Numbered from the stretch's first letter, positions 20,259 to 31,049 are shown. The stretch: 64,000 bases of DNA from an uncultured Gammaproteobacteria bacterium (GCA_964362665.1 CAYIFB010000005.1:2556-66555), one strand, 5' to 3'. Program-made: numbers and translations. Notes: generated from the letters alone by a model not told the origin.

Positions 20259-21110
20259 ATGACAAGGAAGGTACGTGAAGGTTTCGACTCAAAAAGAAAA
20301 ACAGTCATTATACTCTCAATAAGTAGTGATATTGGTAAAGATTTAGGCAGAAGATTCCTCCGGGATGGCGTTAACCTCATTGGTACTTATAGAAAATACG
20401 GTGAAATGGATGATCTTGATAAAAACACCAAATGCCGTTTACTCAAATGCGATATCTCACAAAAAAAGAGTATAAATAATTTTTTACAGCAATTTAAAAA
20501 ACTCAAATTAAAATGGGATATTATCCTGTCCTGTGTCGGTGATCTCCTGCCTCTGAATAGTTTTTTTGAATGCAATTTCGAAGGTTGGCAATCCTCGATG
20601 CAGGTTAATTCCATCGACCAACTGCGTGTTATACATGGACTTTACCCATATAGAAATACAAAAGGCGCAAAAGTGATATTTTTTGCCGGGGGAGGAGTAA
20701 ATAACGCAGTGGTTGATGCTTCTGCTTATACCGCAGCAAAAATAATGTTGATTAAGATGTGTGAGTTTTTGGATGCTGAAAATAAAGACATAAGTTTTTT
20801 TTCAATCGGACCCGGTTTTCTTAAAACCAAAATTCACAGTGTCGTATATCTGGATAAAAACGTCTCGAGAAAAAAAGTTATTGAAACGGATAATTTTATC
20901 AAGACAAAAAAAGAGGTAAAAATGGCATACCTTTATGAAAGTTTAAAGTGGTTATGCCAGCAGCCTAAAGAAGTGGTTGGCGGCCGAAATTTTTCGCTGA
21001 AAGGCGATCCGTTCAGCGGAAAAAATCGTAATTTATTGGCGGCGGAACTTATTAAAGATAAGGCTATGTATAAGTTGAGAAGACATAAAAATGATTTTCT
21101 GAGAATCTAG
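20259..21110 (+). CDS. Atypical short-chain dehydrogenase/reductase
   Basis: SISSDIG (degenerate Rossmann), YTAAK catalytic motif, IGPG. Confidence 0.75.
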   Translation: MTRKVREGFDSKRKTVIILSISSDIGKDLGRRFLRDGVNLIGTYRKYGEMDDLDKNTKCRLLKCDISQKKSINNFLQQFKKLKLKWDIILSCVGDLLPLNSFFECNFEGWQSSMQVNSIDQLRVIHGLYPYRNTKGAKVIFFAGGGVNNAVVDASAYTAAKIMLIKMCEFLDAENKDISFFSIGPGFLKTKIHSVVYLDKNVSRKKVIETDNFIKTKKEVKMAYLYESLKWLCQQPKEVVGGRNFSLKGDPFSGKNRNLLAAELIKDKAMYKLRRHKNDFLRI

Positions 21111-21118
21111 TTACTGAT

Positions 21119-22126
21119 ATGAAAACAAAAGCTGCAATTTTATTTAAAACCGGGGAACCACTTCGTATCGAAGAGATCGAAATCCCCAAGTTAAGGCCGG
21201 GCCAAGTGTTAGTTCGAATGCTAGTGAGCGGGATATGCAGGGCGCAGTTAAATGAAGTTCGGGGATGGAAAGGCGAAGATAAATATCTTCCTCATTTATT
21301 AGGCCACGAAGGAGCAGGAGTCGTGGAGGAAACTGGTACCGGCGTCAGCAAAGTTAAACAGGGGGATTATGTTGTCACGTCATGGATAAAGGGGAAAGGA
21401 CTTGATGGAGGGGGAGCTCAATATAAATTAGGTAAAATTACCGTTAATTCCGGTTCAATAACCACTTTCGGAAGTAGAAGCGTCATCTCGGAAAACCGTC
21501 TGGTAAAAGTGCCTTCTCAAGTCCCGCCGCACATCGCTGCTCTTCTTGGTTGTGCGGTGCCAACCGGAGCCGGGATTATTTTCCACACTTTAAATGTTAA
21601 GAAAGGTTCATCAATTGCGATTTTTGGAATAGGTGGAGTAGGAGCAAGTGCAATTTTGGCGGCAAAAATGAGAGGCTGTAAAGTCATTTTAGCTGTCGAT
21701 ATATCAGAGGAAAAATTACAATTTGCCAGATTGCTTGGAGCTACGGATGTTTCATTATTTGATAACCTGAAGCCTCTATCTGTAGATTATAGTATTGAGG
21801 CAAGCGGTAATAAAAAGGCAATGGAAAAAGCCATTGAAGCAGTTTGCGATCATGGACAGGTGGTAATTGCAGGAAATTTAAAAAGGGGTGAAAAAATCAG
21901 CCTTGATCCATTTGAACTTATAAAGGGTAAAAAGATTATGGGCACCTGGGGAGGGGAGACAGACATTGACCGCGATATCCCGTTCTACGCAGAAGCTTAT
22001 CTTGAGGGTAAAATGAAGATTGATGGATTATTCTCTAAAAGAATTAAACTCCAAAAAGTTAATGAAGAATTAGACATAATGGAGAAAAATCAATTATTGG
22101 GAAGGGTTGTGATTGATTTTAAATAA
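21119..22126 (+). CDS. Zn-binding alcohol dehydrogenase (MDR family)
   Basis: GIC, GHEGAG, LLGCAVPTG, GIGGVG; lacks the structural-Zn Cys loop. Confidence 0.88.
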   Translation: MKTKAAILFKTGEPLRIEEIEIPKLRPGQVLVRMLVSGICRAQLNEVRGWKGEDKYLPHLLGHEGAGVVEETGTGVSKVKQGDYVVTSWIKGKGLDGGGAQYKLGKITVNSGSITTFGSRSVISENRLVKVPSQVPPHIAALLGCAVPTGAGIIFHTLNVKKGSSIAIFGIGGVGASAILAAKMRGCKVILAVDISEEKLQFARLLGATDVSLFDNLKPLSVDYSIEASGNKKAMEKAIEAVCDHGQVVIAGNLKRGEKISLDPFELIKGKKIMGTWGGETDIDRDIPFYAEAYLEGKMKIDGLFSKRIKLQKVNEELDIMEKNQLLGRVVIDFK

Positions 22127-22162
22127 ACATGGAGTTCATATAATTAATCAAGTCTTTCTCAC

Positions 22163-22242
22163 GCAGGGCCTGCCGCTCGTCACCCTATTGCTGTGCCGGG
22201 TTAAACGTCACATCAACAGGGTACCTGACTCGCGTCACCCGC
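22163..22242. mobile_element. Palindromic element family B, copy 1 (intergenic)
   Basis: GGGCCTGCCGCTCGTCACCCT...GGGTTAAACG...CTGACTCGCGTCACCCGC. Confidence 0.85.
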
Positions 22243-22256
22243 TTGCTGTATGACTT

Positions 22257-23246
22257 ATGTTAACTAAAACAGTAGTTATCGGAAGTAATTCTTTCTCAGG
22301 AAGTGATTTTATTGATCTAATCCTCGAAAAAAAACTTTTTAATGTTATCGGCATAAGCCGTTCGCCGGAAAAGAGTGAAATCTTTCTTCCTTATAAAAGA
22401 CACGGGGTTTCCCGGTTTAAGTTTTTTCAAATGGATCTTAATCAAGATCTCAAAAAAATATGCAGATTACTGGATGATTTCAAACCCCAATATGTAGTTA
22501 ATTTTGCAGCCCAAAGTGAAGTTGCTCCTTCCTGGGAACATCCCGAGCATTGGTTTCAGACAAATACCGTGGCTTTGGCCGGTCTTATCAACTATTTAAG
22601 GTCAGCCGATTATTTGAAAAGATACTTGCATATTTCCAGTCCTGAAGTTTACGGCAGTTGTGAGGGAACTGTGACAGAGAAAGCGCCGCTCAATCCAAGT
22701 ACGCCCTACGCAGCTTCCAAAGCTGCTGCCGATCTGCTACTTCTGACATTCGTCAAAAATTTTAATTTTCCTCTTATTACGATCCGCTCAACAAACGTTT
22801 ACGGAGCTCACCAACAACTTTTTAAAATTATTCCCCGGTCGATCATTAATATCCGTAAGGGAATAAAAATTCATCTTCACGGGGGAGGCAAAGCCGTAAA
22901 GTCTTACATTCATATTCGGGATATTTCCCGGGGAGAACTTCTGGCTTTACAAAAAGGAAAAATCGGCGAGATTTACCATTTATCACCCGAGAGGGGAATC
23001 AGCGTTAAAAATGCAGTTAAATTAATCTGCGATAAAATGAAAGTGGATTTTGCCAAAGCCACGATTTCAGTTGGCGAAAGGCTAGGGCAGGACAGAGCCT
23101 ACGTCATTGATTCCTCTAAAATACGCCGCCTCGGTTGGAGCGAGCAGGTATCTTTAGATCAGGGTCTTAAAGATGCAATATCCTGGATTGATAAAAATTG
23201 GAAGGTGATTAAAAAGATGCCCTCAGATTATAAACATAGACCCTAA
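22257..23246 (+). CDS. NDP-sugar 4,6-dehydratase-like extended SDR
   Basis: GSNSFSG, NFAAQSEV, SSPEVYG, YAASK. Confidence 0.85.
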   Translation: MLTKTVVIGSNSFSGSDFIDLILEKKLFNVIGISRSPEKSEIFLPYKRHGVSRFKFFQMDLNQDLKKICRLLDDFKPQYVVNFAAQSEVAPSWEHPEHWFQTNTVALAGLINYLRSADYLKRYLHISSPEVYGSCEGTVTEKAPLNPSTPYAASKAAADLLLLTFVKNFNFPLITIRSTNVYGAHQQLFKIIPRSIINIRKGIKIHLHGGGKAVKSYIHIRDISRGELLALQKGKIGEIYHLSPERGISVKNAVKLICDKMKVDFAKATISVGERLGQDRAYVIDSSKIRRLGWSEQVSLDQGLKDAISWIDKNWKVIKKMPSDYKHRP

Positions 23247-23250
23247 AGAA

Positions 23251-23757
23251 ATGGCCTATTTAGCACTAAATCTATTTATTTTCATTATTTGTGGTATTTT
23301 ACATATTATAATTCACCGCTTTTTCGCCAAAAGAGGGATTTTGACTCTCAAAACTGCTTTAATATTTTTACCCGGATTATTTATTAGTATATATATTTCA
23401 GGTGTTTTACCCCGATCAGAAATCTGGTGGAATGTGTCGATTCCTTATTCAGGGGTGATTTTTTATATTCTGATGGTCGGTATACTTATCATATTTTATA
23501 CTACGCCATCTTTTTCAAGCATCAGCCCGTCAACCATGATCTTAAGACTGCTGAAAAAAAATGGGAAGATGTCATTCCGGAAATTAAAGGGATATTTTTC
23601 TGATGAGTCACTGATCGTCTTTCGATTGAAAGATCTTCTTCGGGACGGACTGATCTTTTTGAAAAAGGATAAATTCAGGGTAACCCCAAAGGGCAACAGG
23701 ATAATAAAAGTGATTGATATTTATAGAAAGATATTCGGCTGGAGGACAGGCGGATAA
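23251..23757 (+). CDS. Small membrane protein with C-terminal winged-helix-like segment
   Basis: 3 TM helices, then SPSTMILRLL...RLKDLLRDGLI...FRVTPKG. Confidence 0.6.
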   Translation: MAYLALNLFIFIICGILHIIIHRFFAKRGILTLKTALIFLPGLFISIYISGVLPRSEIWWNVSIPYSGVIFYILMVGILIIFYTTPSFSSISPSTMILRLLKKNGKMSFRKLKGYFSDESLIVFRLKDLLRDGLIFLKKDKFRVTPKGNRIIKVIDIYRKIFGWRTGG

Positions 23758-24257
23758 TGGATAATTTTATCATTATAAATACTTTAATCTCTATAACGGC
23801 CTACTTTATCTTACATATAATTATTCTGCGGAAAATTAATCAGAATGATATTTTTAAATGGCTGGTCTATGTCTATCTTCTGGCGGGATTTTTTCCTTTT
23901 CTTATCGGGTGGTGGGGAGGATTCATTTTCGGGTCACTAATCTCATGGATGTTTTATACTTTATTGGTTTTAATTTATGTGTTGGCTATACTTGGGGTTA
24001 TGGAGTCGTCAATAAGAATAAGACTATTAAAAGAGATTTACGATGCCAAAGACCACGGAATTGATCTGAAGCAAATATTAAAAAAATATAATAAAGATGT
24101 TATATTACACAAAAGACTGCAAAGATTTTTGTCTGCAGGAGAAATAAGCTTTTGTGAGGGAAAATATCAGCTGGAAAAAAAGTTTACGGCTTATACATTA
24201 CCGGATTTTGCAATCAGGATGATTTGGAAGTTATATACTTCTCAAACTAAAGTTTGA
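23757..24257 (+). CDS. Small membrane protein, similar architecture to the preceding gene
   Basis: 3 TM helices, then SSIRIRLLKEI...KRLQRFLSAGEI...KYQL. Confidence 0.6.
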   Translation: MDNFIIINTLISITAYFILHIIILRKINQNDIFKWLVYVYLLAGFFPFLIGWWGGFIFGSLISWMFYTLLVLIYVLAILGVMESSIRIRLLKEIYDAKDHGIDLKQILKKYNKDVILHKRLQRFLSAGEISFCEGKYQLEKKFTAYTLPDFAIRMIWKLYTSQTKV

Positions 24258-24283
24258 ATCAGTATAAATACAGGAGAAAAACT

Positions 24284-24976
24284 ATGAACAATAAAGGCGT
24301 CAGCATCATTATCCCGGCTTATGATGAAGAGAAGAATATCCAGTCGGCAATTAAAAGCGCAGACAAGGCGGTGAGAGGCATATGTTCGAAATATGAGATT
24401 TTAGTCATTAATGATGGCAGTCATGATAGAACATGCCAAAAAGCAGAACTTGAAACCAAATCAAATAAATCGGTCAGAGTGATAAATTTAGTTCGTCACG
24501 AAGGTTATGGAGTGGCCATTAAAAAAGGTATAGAAGAAGCCAAAATGGAATATTTGACAGTTTTTCCGGGAGATAATGATATGGATTTAAATTCTCTCTC
24601 TGACCTTCTCAAAGCCATGGGGAGCGAGGATTTAGTCATTTCATATCTCGGTAAAAGCGATACGAGGAGGCTTTGGAGACGCATAGCATCCCTCACCTAT
24701 ATCGCGCTTCTTAGTACGCTTTTTAAACTGAAACTTGAGTACTATAACGGGCCGTTTATCTGCAGGAGCAAACTATTAAAAAATCTCCGTTTAATCTCAA
24801 CCGGCTTTACCGTTTGTGCAGAATTGAAAATAAGACTCATAAAAAAAGGATTTTCTTATAAAGAGATCCCCTTTGTGCACATAGGCCGGTTGTACGGAAA
24901 ATCTAAAGCTTTAACATTCCGATCCATAGCAAATGCATTGATTGTAACTTTAATAATGTGGAAAGATATTAAATAA
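24284..24976 (+). CDS. GT2 glycosyltransferase (DPM1-like)
   Basis: SIIIPAYDEE, INDGSHD, EGYG, PGDND; ATG 24284. Confidence 0.88.
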   Translation: MNNKGVSIIIPAYDEEKNIQSAIKSADKAVRGICSKYEILVINDGSHDRTCQKAELETKSNKSVRVINLVRHEGYGVAIKKGIEEAKMEYLTVFPGDNDMDLNSLSDLLKAMGSEDLVISYLGKSDTRRLWRRIASLTYIALLSTLFKLKLEYYNGPFICRSKLLKNLRLISTGFTVCAELKIRLIKKGFSYKEIPFVHIGRLYGKSKALTFRSIANALIVTLIMWKDIK

Positions 24977-25965
24977 TGAGAACTCTTGTGACAGGGGGAG
25001 CGGGCTTCATCGGCAGTCATTTGGTGGAAAGATTGCTTGCGGCCTGTCATGAAGTGGTGGTTTTAGATGATCTTTCAACCGGAAGGCTTGATAACTTAAC
25101 TTCGGTTAAAAACAATTCTTTATTAAAAATCCGGAAAATAAATATAACTGATCCGAAGATTGATTTAGACAACTATTTTAAGGGGGTTGATTTTGTATTT
25201 CATCTGGCCGCCCGAGCGGACGTGGTGCCTTCGATCGAAAAGCCTTTTGAGTATCACAATGTGAATGTGAACGGTACCGTGAAAGTTCTGGAAGCCGCGC
25301 GGCATGCAGGCGTAAAAAAATTCATATATACCGCTTCATCTTCATGTTATGGAATTCCAGAGAGCTATCCAACGAATGAATCAGCTAAAATTGATCCCCG
25401 ATACCCTTATGCATTGACAAAATTCCTGGCTGAACAATATGTGCTGCATTGGGGGAAGATTTATAAACTGCCGGTTGTCAGCCTTCGTTTATTCAATGTC
25501 TTTGGTCCGCGTAGCCGAACTAGCGGCACATATGGCGCAGTTTTTGGCGTATTTTTGGCTCAAAAGCTGGCAGGCAAGCCGTTTACGGTGGTGGGTGACG
25601 GAAGACAGAGCCGGGATTTTACTTATGTATCTGACACGGTAGACGCATTGGTTACAGCGGCGCAGTCACAATTAGCTGGTGAGATTTTCAATGTGGGATC
25701 GGGAAAACCACAAAGCGTTAACAGACTGGTGGGATTAATTGGCGGATCTGTAATTTATATTCCGAAGCGTCCCGGAGAGCCTGATTGCACCTGGGCTGAT
25801 ATTTCTAAAATTAAAAAAAAGCTTGAATGGCGCCCAAAAGTCAGTTTTGAGAAAGGGGTTGAAATACTTCTTCAACACATTGATTACTGGAAAAAAGCAC
25901 CCGTCTGGACACCGCGATCAATTGAGAAATCAACCAAGGAATGGTTTAAATATATGAGTGTCTAA
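24976..25965 (+). CDS. NAD-dependent NDP-sugar epimerase/dehydratase
   Basis: TGGAGFIG, SSSCYG, YALTK, FNVFGPR. Confidence 0.92.
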   Translation: MRTLVTGGAGFIGSHLVERLLAACHEVVVLDDLSTGRLDNLTSVKNNSLLKIRKINITDPKIDLDNYFKGVDFVFHLAARADVVPSIEKPFEYHNVNVNGTVKVLEAARHAGVKKFIYTASSSCYGIPESYPTNESAKIDPRYPYALTKFLAEQYVLHWGKIYKLPVVSLRLFNVFGPRSRTSGTYGAVFGVFLAQKLAGKPFTVVGDGRQSRDFTYVSDTVDALVTAAQSQLAGEIFNVGSGKPQSVNRLVGLIGGSVIYIPKRPGEPDCTWADISKIKKKLEWRPKVSFEKGVEILLQHIDYWKKAPVWTPRSIEKSTKEWFKYMSV

Positions 25966-25974
25966 TATGACTAG

Positions 25975-26107
25975 AGTTTCGCGTTATTATATAGTTATTC
26001 CCAGAGGGTCCTGCCGCTCGTCACCCTGCTGTTGCGTCGGGTTAAACGCCGACAACAGCATGGCACCTGACTCGCGTCACCCACTCGATTTCTGTTAACG
26101 CGAGACT
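25975..26107. mobile_element. Family B copy 2 (26004-26086) nested in an outer 12-bp inverted repeat
   Basis: GGGTCCTGCCGCTCGTCACCCT...CTCGCGTCACCC; outer AGTTTCGCGTTA (25975-25986) / TAACGCGAGACT (26096-26107). Confidence 0.85.
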
Positions 26108-26113
26108 TGTGAA

Positions 26114-27733
26114 ATGATAAAAAAAAGATTATTGATACTTTTTATCGGCCTTATCAGTCTTTCAGTGCTGGAATTTCAGTATTTTAATTTGTCTTTCCAC
26201 ACTCCGCCGGATTCAATCTATCTGGGTACCGTGCATTATCCTCCTGACTATTTTTCATACCTGTCATATATTGTTCAGGGAAAAGATCATCTTCTTTCCT
26301 CGACTGCGCTTTATAATTCCGAAAAAACACCCCTAGTTTTAGTCAGATGGCAGTTTGTCCTGTGGGGTAAAATATTATCCTTTTTTCCATTAAATACGGG
26401 TCAAATGTATCAAATAGGCGTGATAATTTTTACCATTGGTTTCATGATCAGCGCATATTTATTAATTTCACTCTTACTGGCAAAATACGAAGAGAAATTG
26501 CTGGCGTTCGTATTTTTTGTCAGCTCGACTGCCTGGCCAATAATAACGGTTATTGAAGGTAAACTAAGTTTTTCATACCACTCTTACTGGTATAATACGG
26601 GAGATTTCTTTACCCGTTTTAGTCCGACTCCAAACCATCTTTTGGGAAGTATACTTCTAATTTCAGGTTTTATTCTGATTTTACGCTGGTGCCGGAATAT
26701 TGATTCCAAAAGGAAAATATCACGCTTCATCAATAATATTGCTTTTACTTTTATCGGACTTACTTTAGCCAGTTTGTCACCGATGCATTGGATTCTATAT
26801 TTGGGTAGTTTGACAGGACTGATGGTGATTTTATCCATGCGGGAACTCATCATAGATAAAAAGCCTGTTTTGTATATACTCAAATATCTTCAACCTATTT
26901 TATTTTCGCTGGCCGGAGGACTTCCTGCGATACTATATATCCTCTCAGTCTATAAAACGTTTCCTTACAACATCGGTAATTCATGGGAGGCTATAAATCA
27001 GGTATTTATGGATTTTCCGAATCTTTTTTACGGAAGCGGATTGGTACTGCTTTTTGCGGCAGGAGGATGCTATTCATATTTTCGGCATAAATTTTTTACA
27101 CCTGAAAAACTGGTCACTTTATTTTTTATCGCGATCAGCCTGATCTTTTTTTTCACTGATCTGCCATGGAAACTGGGAACCTCAAATGTCAGGTACTGGC
27201 CTGAAGGAATATATGTTTTTCTCGCGGTTTTAGCCTCCCATGGGGTATTTTTTCTTGCAGGAATGGCAAAAAGAGCAAAGCGTTTAGTACTTTTTGTTTT
27301 TATTTTATTATATTTTGTGACAACCGTACCATCCATTTTCGCCGGGATTAAAGAAAGGTCGGATGTCGTCATAAGTAATACTAATTACCTCCCTCTTAGC
27401 ATTTACGAAATTTATGAATTTTCCTCAAAGACAATAAAAAGACCGAGCGTTTTTCTTATTCCCTGGCCCTTTGATAATTCATTTCCTGCTTTCACCGGCC
27501 AAAAATCCTTTACCGGCCATCCGCTTTCTCAGATGACTATTGACGCAGATAAGAAATATGCTCTTTCTGCACAGTTTTTTAGCGGGACGCTCGATGAAGA
27601 AAAAGCCCGCGCGATTTTGCTACAAAACGGAATTCAATATGTCTTATTGCCTTACAGGTCAGCAATTGCAAAATACAGCTTTCTCAAAAATCTGTACAGC
27701 CGCGGAGATGCAGCTGTTTTTGAGGTGAAGTAA
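26114..27733 (+). CDS. GT-C-like membrane protein, paralog family member 3
   Basis: DYFSYLSYIVQG, YNSE, PAFTGQKSFTGHP. Confidence 0.7.
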   Translation: MIKKRLLILFIGLISLSVLEFQYFNLSFHTPPDSIYLGTVHYPPDYFSYLSYIVQGKDHLLSSTALYNSEKTPLVLVRWQFVLWGKILSFFPLNTGQMYQIGVIIFTIGFMISAYLLISLLLAKYEEKLLAFVFFVSSTAWPIITVIEGKLSFSYHSYWYNTGDFFTRFSPTPNHLLGSILLISGFILILRWCRNIDSKRKISRFINNIAFTFIGLTLASLSPMHWILYLGSLTGLMVILSMRELIIDKKPVLYILKYLQPILFSLAGGLPAILYILSVYKTFPYNIGNSWEAINQVFMDFPNLFYGSGLVLLFAAGGCYSYFRHKFFTPEKLVTLFFIAISLIFFFTDLPWKLGTSNVRYWPEGIYVFLAVLASHGVFFLAGMAKRAKRLVLFVFILLYFVTTVPSIFAGIKERSDVVISNTNYLPLSIYEIYEFSSKTIKRPSVFLIPWPFDNSFPAFTGQKSFTGHPLSQMTIDADKKYALSAQFFSGTLDEEKARAILLQNGIQYVLLPYRSAIAKYSFLKNLYSRGDAAVFEVK

Positions 27734-27816
27734 CCGGCTCAATTGATTTATTTTCCTGCATTTATTAAGATACATAAGTTAAATATTCCCTTTACAAAAG
27801 TAAAACTATCTTTTAC

Positions 27817-29343
27817 ATGCAAAAACAAGTCAAACTTTCAGAGCTCATAAAGATAATAAATATAGCCAGATCAGAAGGTAAAAAGATTGTTCAGTGCCAC
27901 GGAGTCTTTGATTTACTTCATCCGGGTCACATCAGGCATTTTGCCAGCGCTAAAAAATACGGTGATATTCTTATAGTGACTATAACCGCTGATAAATTTG
28001 TGAAAAAAGGCCCCGGAAGACCGGTTTTTAATGAGAATTTGAGAGCAGAATCTCTGGCTGCAATAGAATATATCGATTATATTGTCATTGTCTCCTCTGA
28101 CTCCAGTAAAGACAGTATTTTAAAGATAAAACCGGACTTTTATATTAAAGGCCCGGATTATAAAAAAAGAAAAATCAGTCCTTACATCTCCCAAAAACTG
28201 GTGGCGGAAGAAAAAGCAGTTGTCGAGTCAGGAGGCAAATTAATTATAACCGAGGATCAGGTGGTGTTCAGCTCTTCCAAACTGATCAATGAGTATCTGG
28301 AAGTTTATCCGGCTACTACAAAGAAATATCTGGACAGCTTAAAATTGAAATATACGCAGGATTATCTCTTGGAGAAATTAGATCTTATAAGAAACATCAA
28401 GGTGTTGATAATAGGTGATGCAATCATCGATCAGTATAATTTCTGCGCTCCCATAGGTAAATCTTCTAAAGAGCCGGTAATCGTGCATAAATTCATCTCT
28501 TCCGAGTCGTATTTGGGAGGAGTTTTGGCAACAGCTAATCATACCTCTTCTGTCTGTAATGAGGTGGGTCTCGTCACTCTTTTGGGAAAGAAAAAATCAT
28601 ATGAAAAATTTATCAGGAAGCATCTGAAAAATAATATCTCGGAAAAATTTTTTTTCCGGTCAGACTCAAGCACAATTATTAAGTCCAGATTTATCGATGG
28701 AGTTCTTTATCAAAAACTATTTCAGGTGAGTTTCATGAAGGATGAGATTATCAGTGATGACTTATCTCAAAAAATAAGCCAATATCTTCGCTCTGAAATC
28801 AAAAAATACGATATGGTTATCGTCAATGATTATGGACACGGAATGTTGACCAAAAGGATAATCCAAACAATCTGTCACAATGCAAAATATCTGGCGCTGA
28901 ATGTTCAGGCCAATAGCGCAAATTATGGATTCAACGTCATCACTAAATACCCGAGGGCTGATTTTATCTGTATTGACGATCAGGAATTAAGACTTGCCGC
29001 CCAGGACAGATATTCTGACCTGATTAAACTTATCAACAAGATTTATAAGAAAATGAAGTGTCAGGATATGATAGTTACCAAAGGATCGCAGGGATCAATC
29101 AGTCTATCGAGCGATAAAAAAATTATTGAAACTCCGGCCTTGAACCAAAAAATCGTGGATCGGGTGGGAGCGGGAGATGCGTTTTTTGCCATATCTGCGC
29201 CCTGCGCTTATTCAGGTATGGACAAGGATTTAGTCTCATTCATGGGGAATGTTGCCGGGGGATTAAAAGTCCAGACGATCGGCAACAGAAAGCAAATCGA
29301 TTTCACCGAGATGATCAAATTTATTACCAGCTTATTGAAATAA
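27817..29343 (+). CDS. RfaE/HldE-like bifunctional nucleotidyltransferase plus PfkB sugar kinase (transferase domain first)
   Basis: HGVFDLLHPGH, KGPGRP, KGPDY; C-terminal DRVGAGD PfkB signature. Confidence 0.88.
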   Translation: MQKQVKLSELIKIINIARSEGKKIVQCHGVFDLLHPGHIRHFASAKKYGDILIVTITADKFVKKGPGRPVFNENLRAESLAAIEYIDYIVIVSSDSSKDSILKIKPDFYIKGPDYKKRKISPYISQKLVAEEKAVVESGGKLIITEDQVVFSSSKLINEYLEVYPATTKKYLDSLKLKYTQDYLLEKLDLIRNIKVLIIGDAIIDQYNFCAPIGKSSKEPVIVHKFISSESYLGGVLATANHTSSVCNEVGLVTLLGKKKSYEKFIRKHLKNNISEKFFFRSDSSTIIKSRFIDGVLYQKLFQVSFMKDEIISDDLSQKISQYLRSEIKKYDMVIVNDYGHGMLTKRIIQTICHNAKYLALNVQANSANYGFNVITKYPRADFICIDDQELRLAAQDRYSDLIKLINKIYKKMKCQDMIVTKGSQGSISLSSDKKIIETPALNQKIVDRVGAGDAFFAISAPCAYSGMDKDLVSFMGNVAGGLKVQTIGNRKQIDFTEMIKFITSLLK

Positions 29344-29346
29344 ATA

Positions 29347-29432
29347 TATACCCTTCTTGCTCGATCCCGAGCTATAACGAGGGATAGTCTAGAAGGGTTT
29401 ATACTGATTCCAAATTGCAGTAAAAGAAGTAT
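29347..29432 (-). mobile_element. Palindromic element family C, copy 3 (inverted)
   Basis: Reverse-complement match to 16961-17046; fills almost the whole spacer and its end supplies the AT of ATG 29431. Confidence 0.85.
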
Positions 29433-30438
29433 GAAGAAAGTATTAGTAACAGGAGGAGCCGGATATGTGGGAGGTGTCCTTGTGCCGAAGCTACTTAAAG
29501 CAGGATACGGGGTAATCGTACTCGATTGGTTTTTATACCGCGAGAAAATATTTAAAAAACACAATGCTTTACAGCAAGTTAAAGGCGACATCAGAGATGA
29601 AAAATTGATTAAACGCTTATTAGTAGGATGTGACTTCGTCATACATCTTGCATGTATTTCCAATGACCCAAGTTTTGAACTGGACAGGAAGTTATCCAAA
29701 GAGATCAACAATGACGCCAATAAAAATCTGGTGAAATTATCCAAAAGAGCAAAGATTAAAAGATTTATCTATGTATCGAGTTCCAGCGTCTATGGCATCA
29801 GACGTGAGCCAAACGTAACAGAAGATTTAATTTGCGCTCCCTTGACCGACTATTCACGGTATAAACTTGAAGGGGAGAAGTATGCCTTGTCGGAAAGATC
29901 TGACAGTTTTGTCGTTTGTGTGGTTCGTCCGGCAACAATTTGCGGCTATTCTCCGCGATTAAGGCTTGATTTGACCGTGAACATGCTGACCTTACAAGGA
30001 CTAGTGAATAAAAAGATTACGGTTTATGGGGGAGAGCAGAAACGGCCAAATATCCATATTGAAGACATTACCGATTTATATGTGCAGTCTTTGGAGTTTG
30101 CCTCCGAAAAAATAAATGGAGAAATTTTCAATGTAGGCTATGACAATATGTCTGTTTTAAAAATAGCAGAATTAGTGAAAAGCACCCTCAATGACAGGAG
30201 TATAAAAATTGAAGTGTCCAAAACTGACGACTTAAGAAGCTATCATATTTCCAGTAAAAAAATTAGAGAGGCGCTTGGTTTTATACCAAAAAAGAGCATA
30301 AAAGATGCCATCTTAGATTTAAAAGAAGCATTTTTAGCCGGAAAAATTCTAGATCCATTGACTGACGAAAAATATTACAACATAAAGACCATGAAATCGT
30401 TTACTCCTAAATATTCCTATGAAAAAACAAAAAAATAA
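29431..30438 (+). CDS. NAD-dependent NDP-sugar epimerase/dehydratase
   Basis: TGGAGYVG, LACISNDP, SSSSVYG, YSRYK, SPRLRLDL. Confidence 0.9.
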   Translation: MKKVLVTGGAGYVGGVLVPKLLKAGYGVIVLDWFLYREKIFKKHNALQQVKGDIRDEKLIKRLLVGCDFVIHLACISNDPSFELDRKLSKEINNDANKNLVKLSKRAKIKRFIYVSSSSVYGIRREPNVTEDLICAPLTDYSRYKLEGEKYALSERSDSFVVCVVRPATICGYSPRLRLDLTVNMLTLQGLVNKKITVYGGEQKRPNIHIEDITDLYVQSLEFASEKINGEIFNVGYDNMSVLKIAELVKSTLNDRSIKIEVSKTDDLRSYHISSKKIREALGFIPKKSIKDAILDLKEAFLAGKILDPLTDEKYYNIKTMKSFTPKYSYEKTKK

Positions 30439-31039
30439 TACAGAGGATTTAAAACAATTTGTAGAAGATTATCAAAGAGAGTTAAGCCGGGCACTGCAAC
30501 TATTGGATATCGTGCAAATAAATAAAATATTAGAAATATTACTTGATGCATATCAGCGTGGAAGAAAAGTATTCATAATGGGGAATGGAGGAAGCGCCAG
30601 TAATGCATCTCATTTTGCCTGTGATATAGGAAAAGGTACGCTGAAGAGGGTTTATGACAGGAACGAAAAACGTTTTAAAGTGTATTCACTGACTGATAAT
30701 GTAGCTCAAATAACAGCCTTTGCAAATGATCTGAACTATGATGATATTTTTGTCCAGCAACTGCAGAATTTGGTGGAGAAGGGTGATGTGGTTATTGCTT
30801 TATCGGGCAGCGGAAACAGCCGGAATATTATAAAAGCCCTGCAATACGCACGGAGTCAACAGGTAAAAACTATTGGAATACTGGGTTTTACGAATGGAGG
30901 AAAAGCTGCCAAACTGGTAGATCTAGCAATCATCATCAAAAGTAATAAATACGGAATCTGTGAAGATATCCAGCTTATTCTAAACCACATCATAATATCC
31001 TGGATGTCGCTTGTGAAAGACAATAAAGAAAACAGATAA
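30419..31039 (+). CDS. gmhA: Phosphoheptose isomerase (SIS domain)
   Basis: GNGGSASNASH, TAFAND, SGSGNS.N. Confidence 0.85.
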   Translation: MKKQKNNTEDLKQFVEDYQRELSRALQLLDIVQINKILEILLDAYQRGRKVFIMGNGGSASNASHFACDIGKGTLKRVYDRNEKRFKVYSLTDNVAQITAFANDLNYDDIFVQQLQNLVEKGDVVIALSGSGNSRNIIKALQYARSQQVKTIGILGFTNGGKAAKLVDLAIIIKSNKYGICEDIQLILNHIIISWMSLVKDNKENR

Positions 31040-31049
31040 ATAGAATAGA

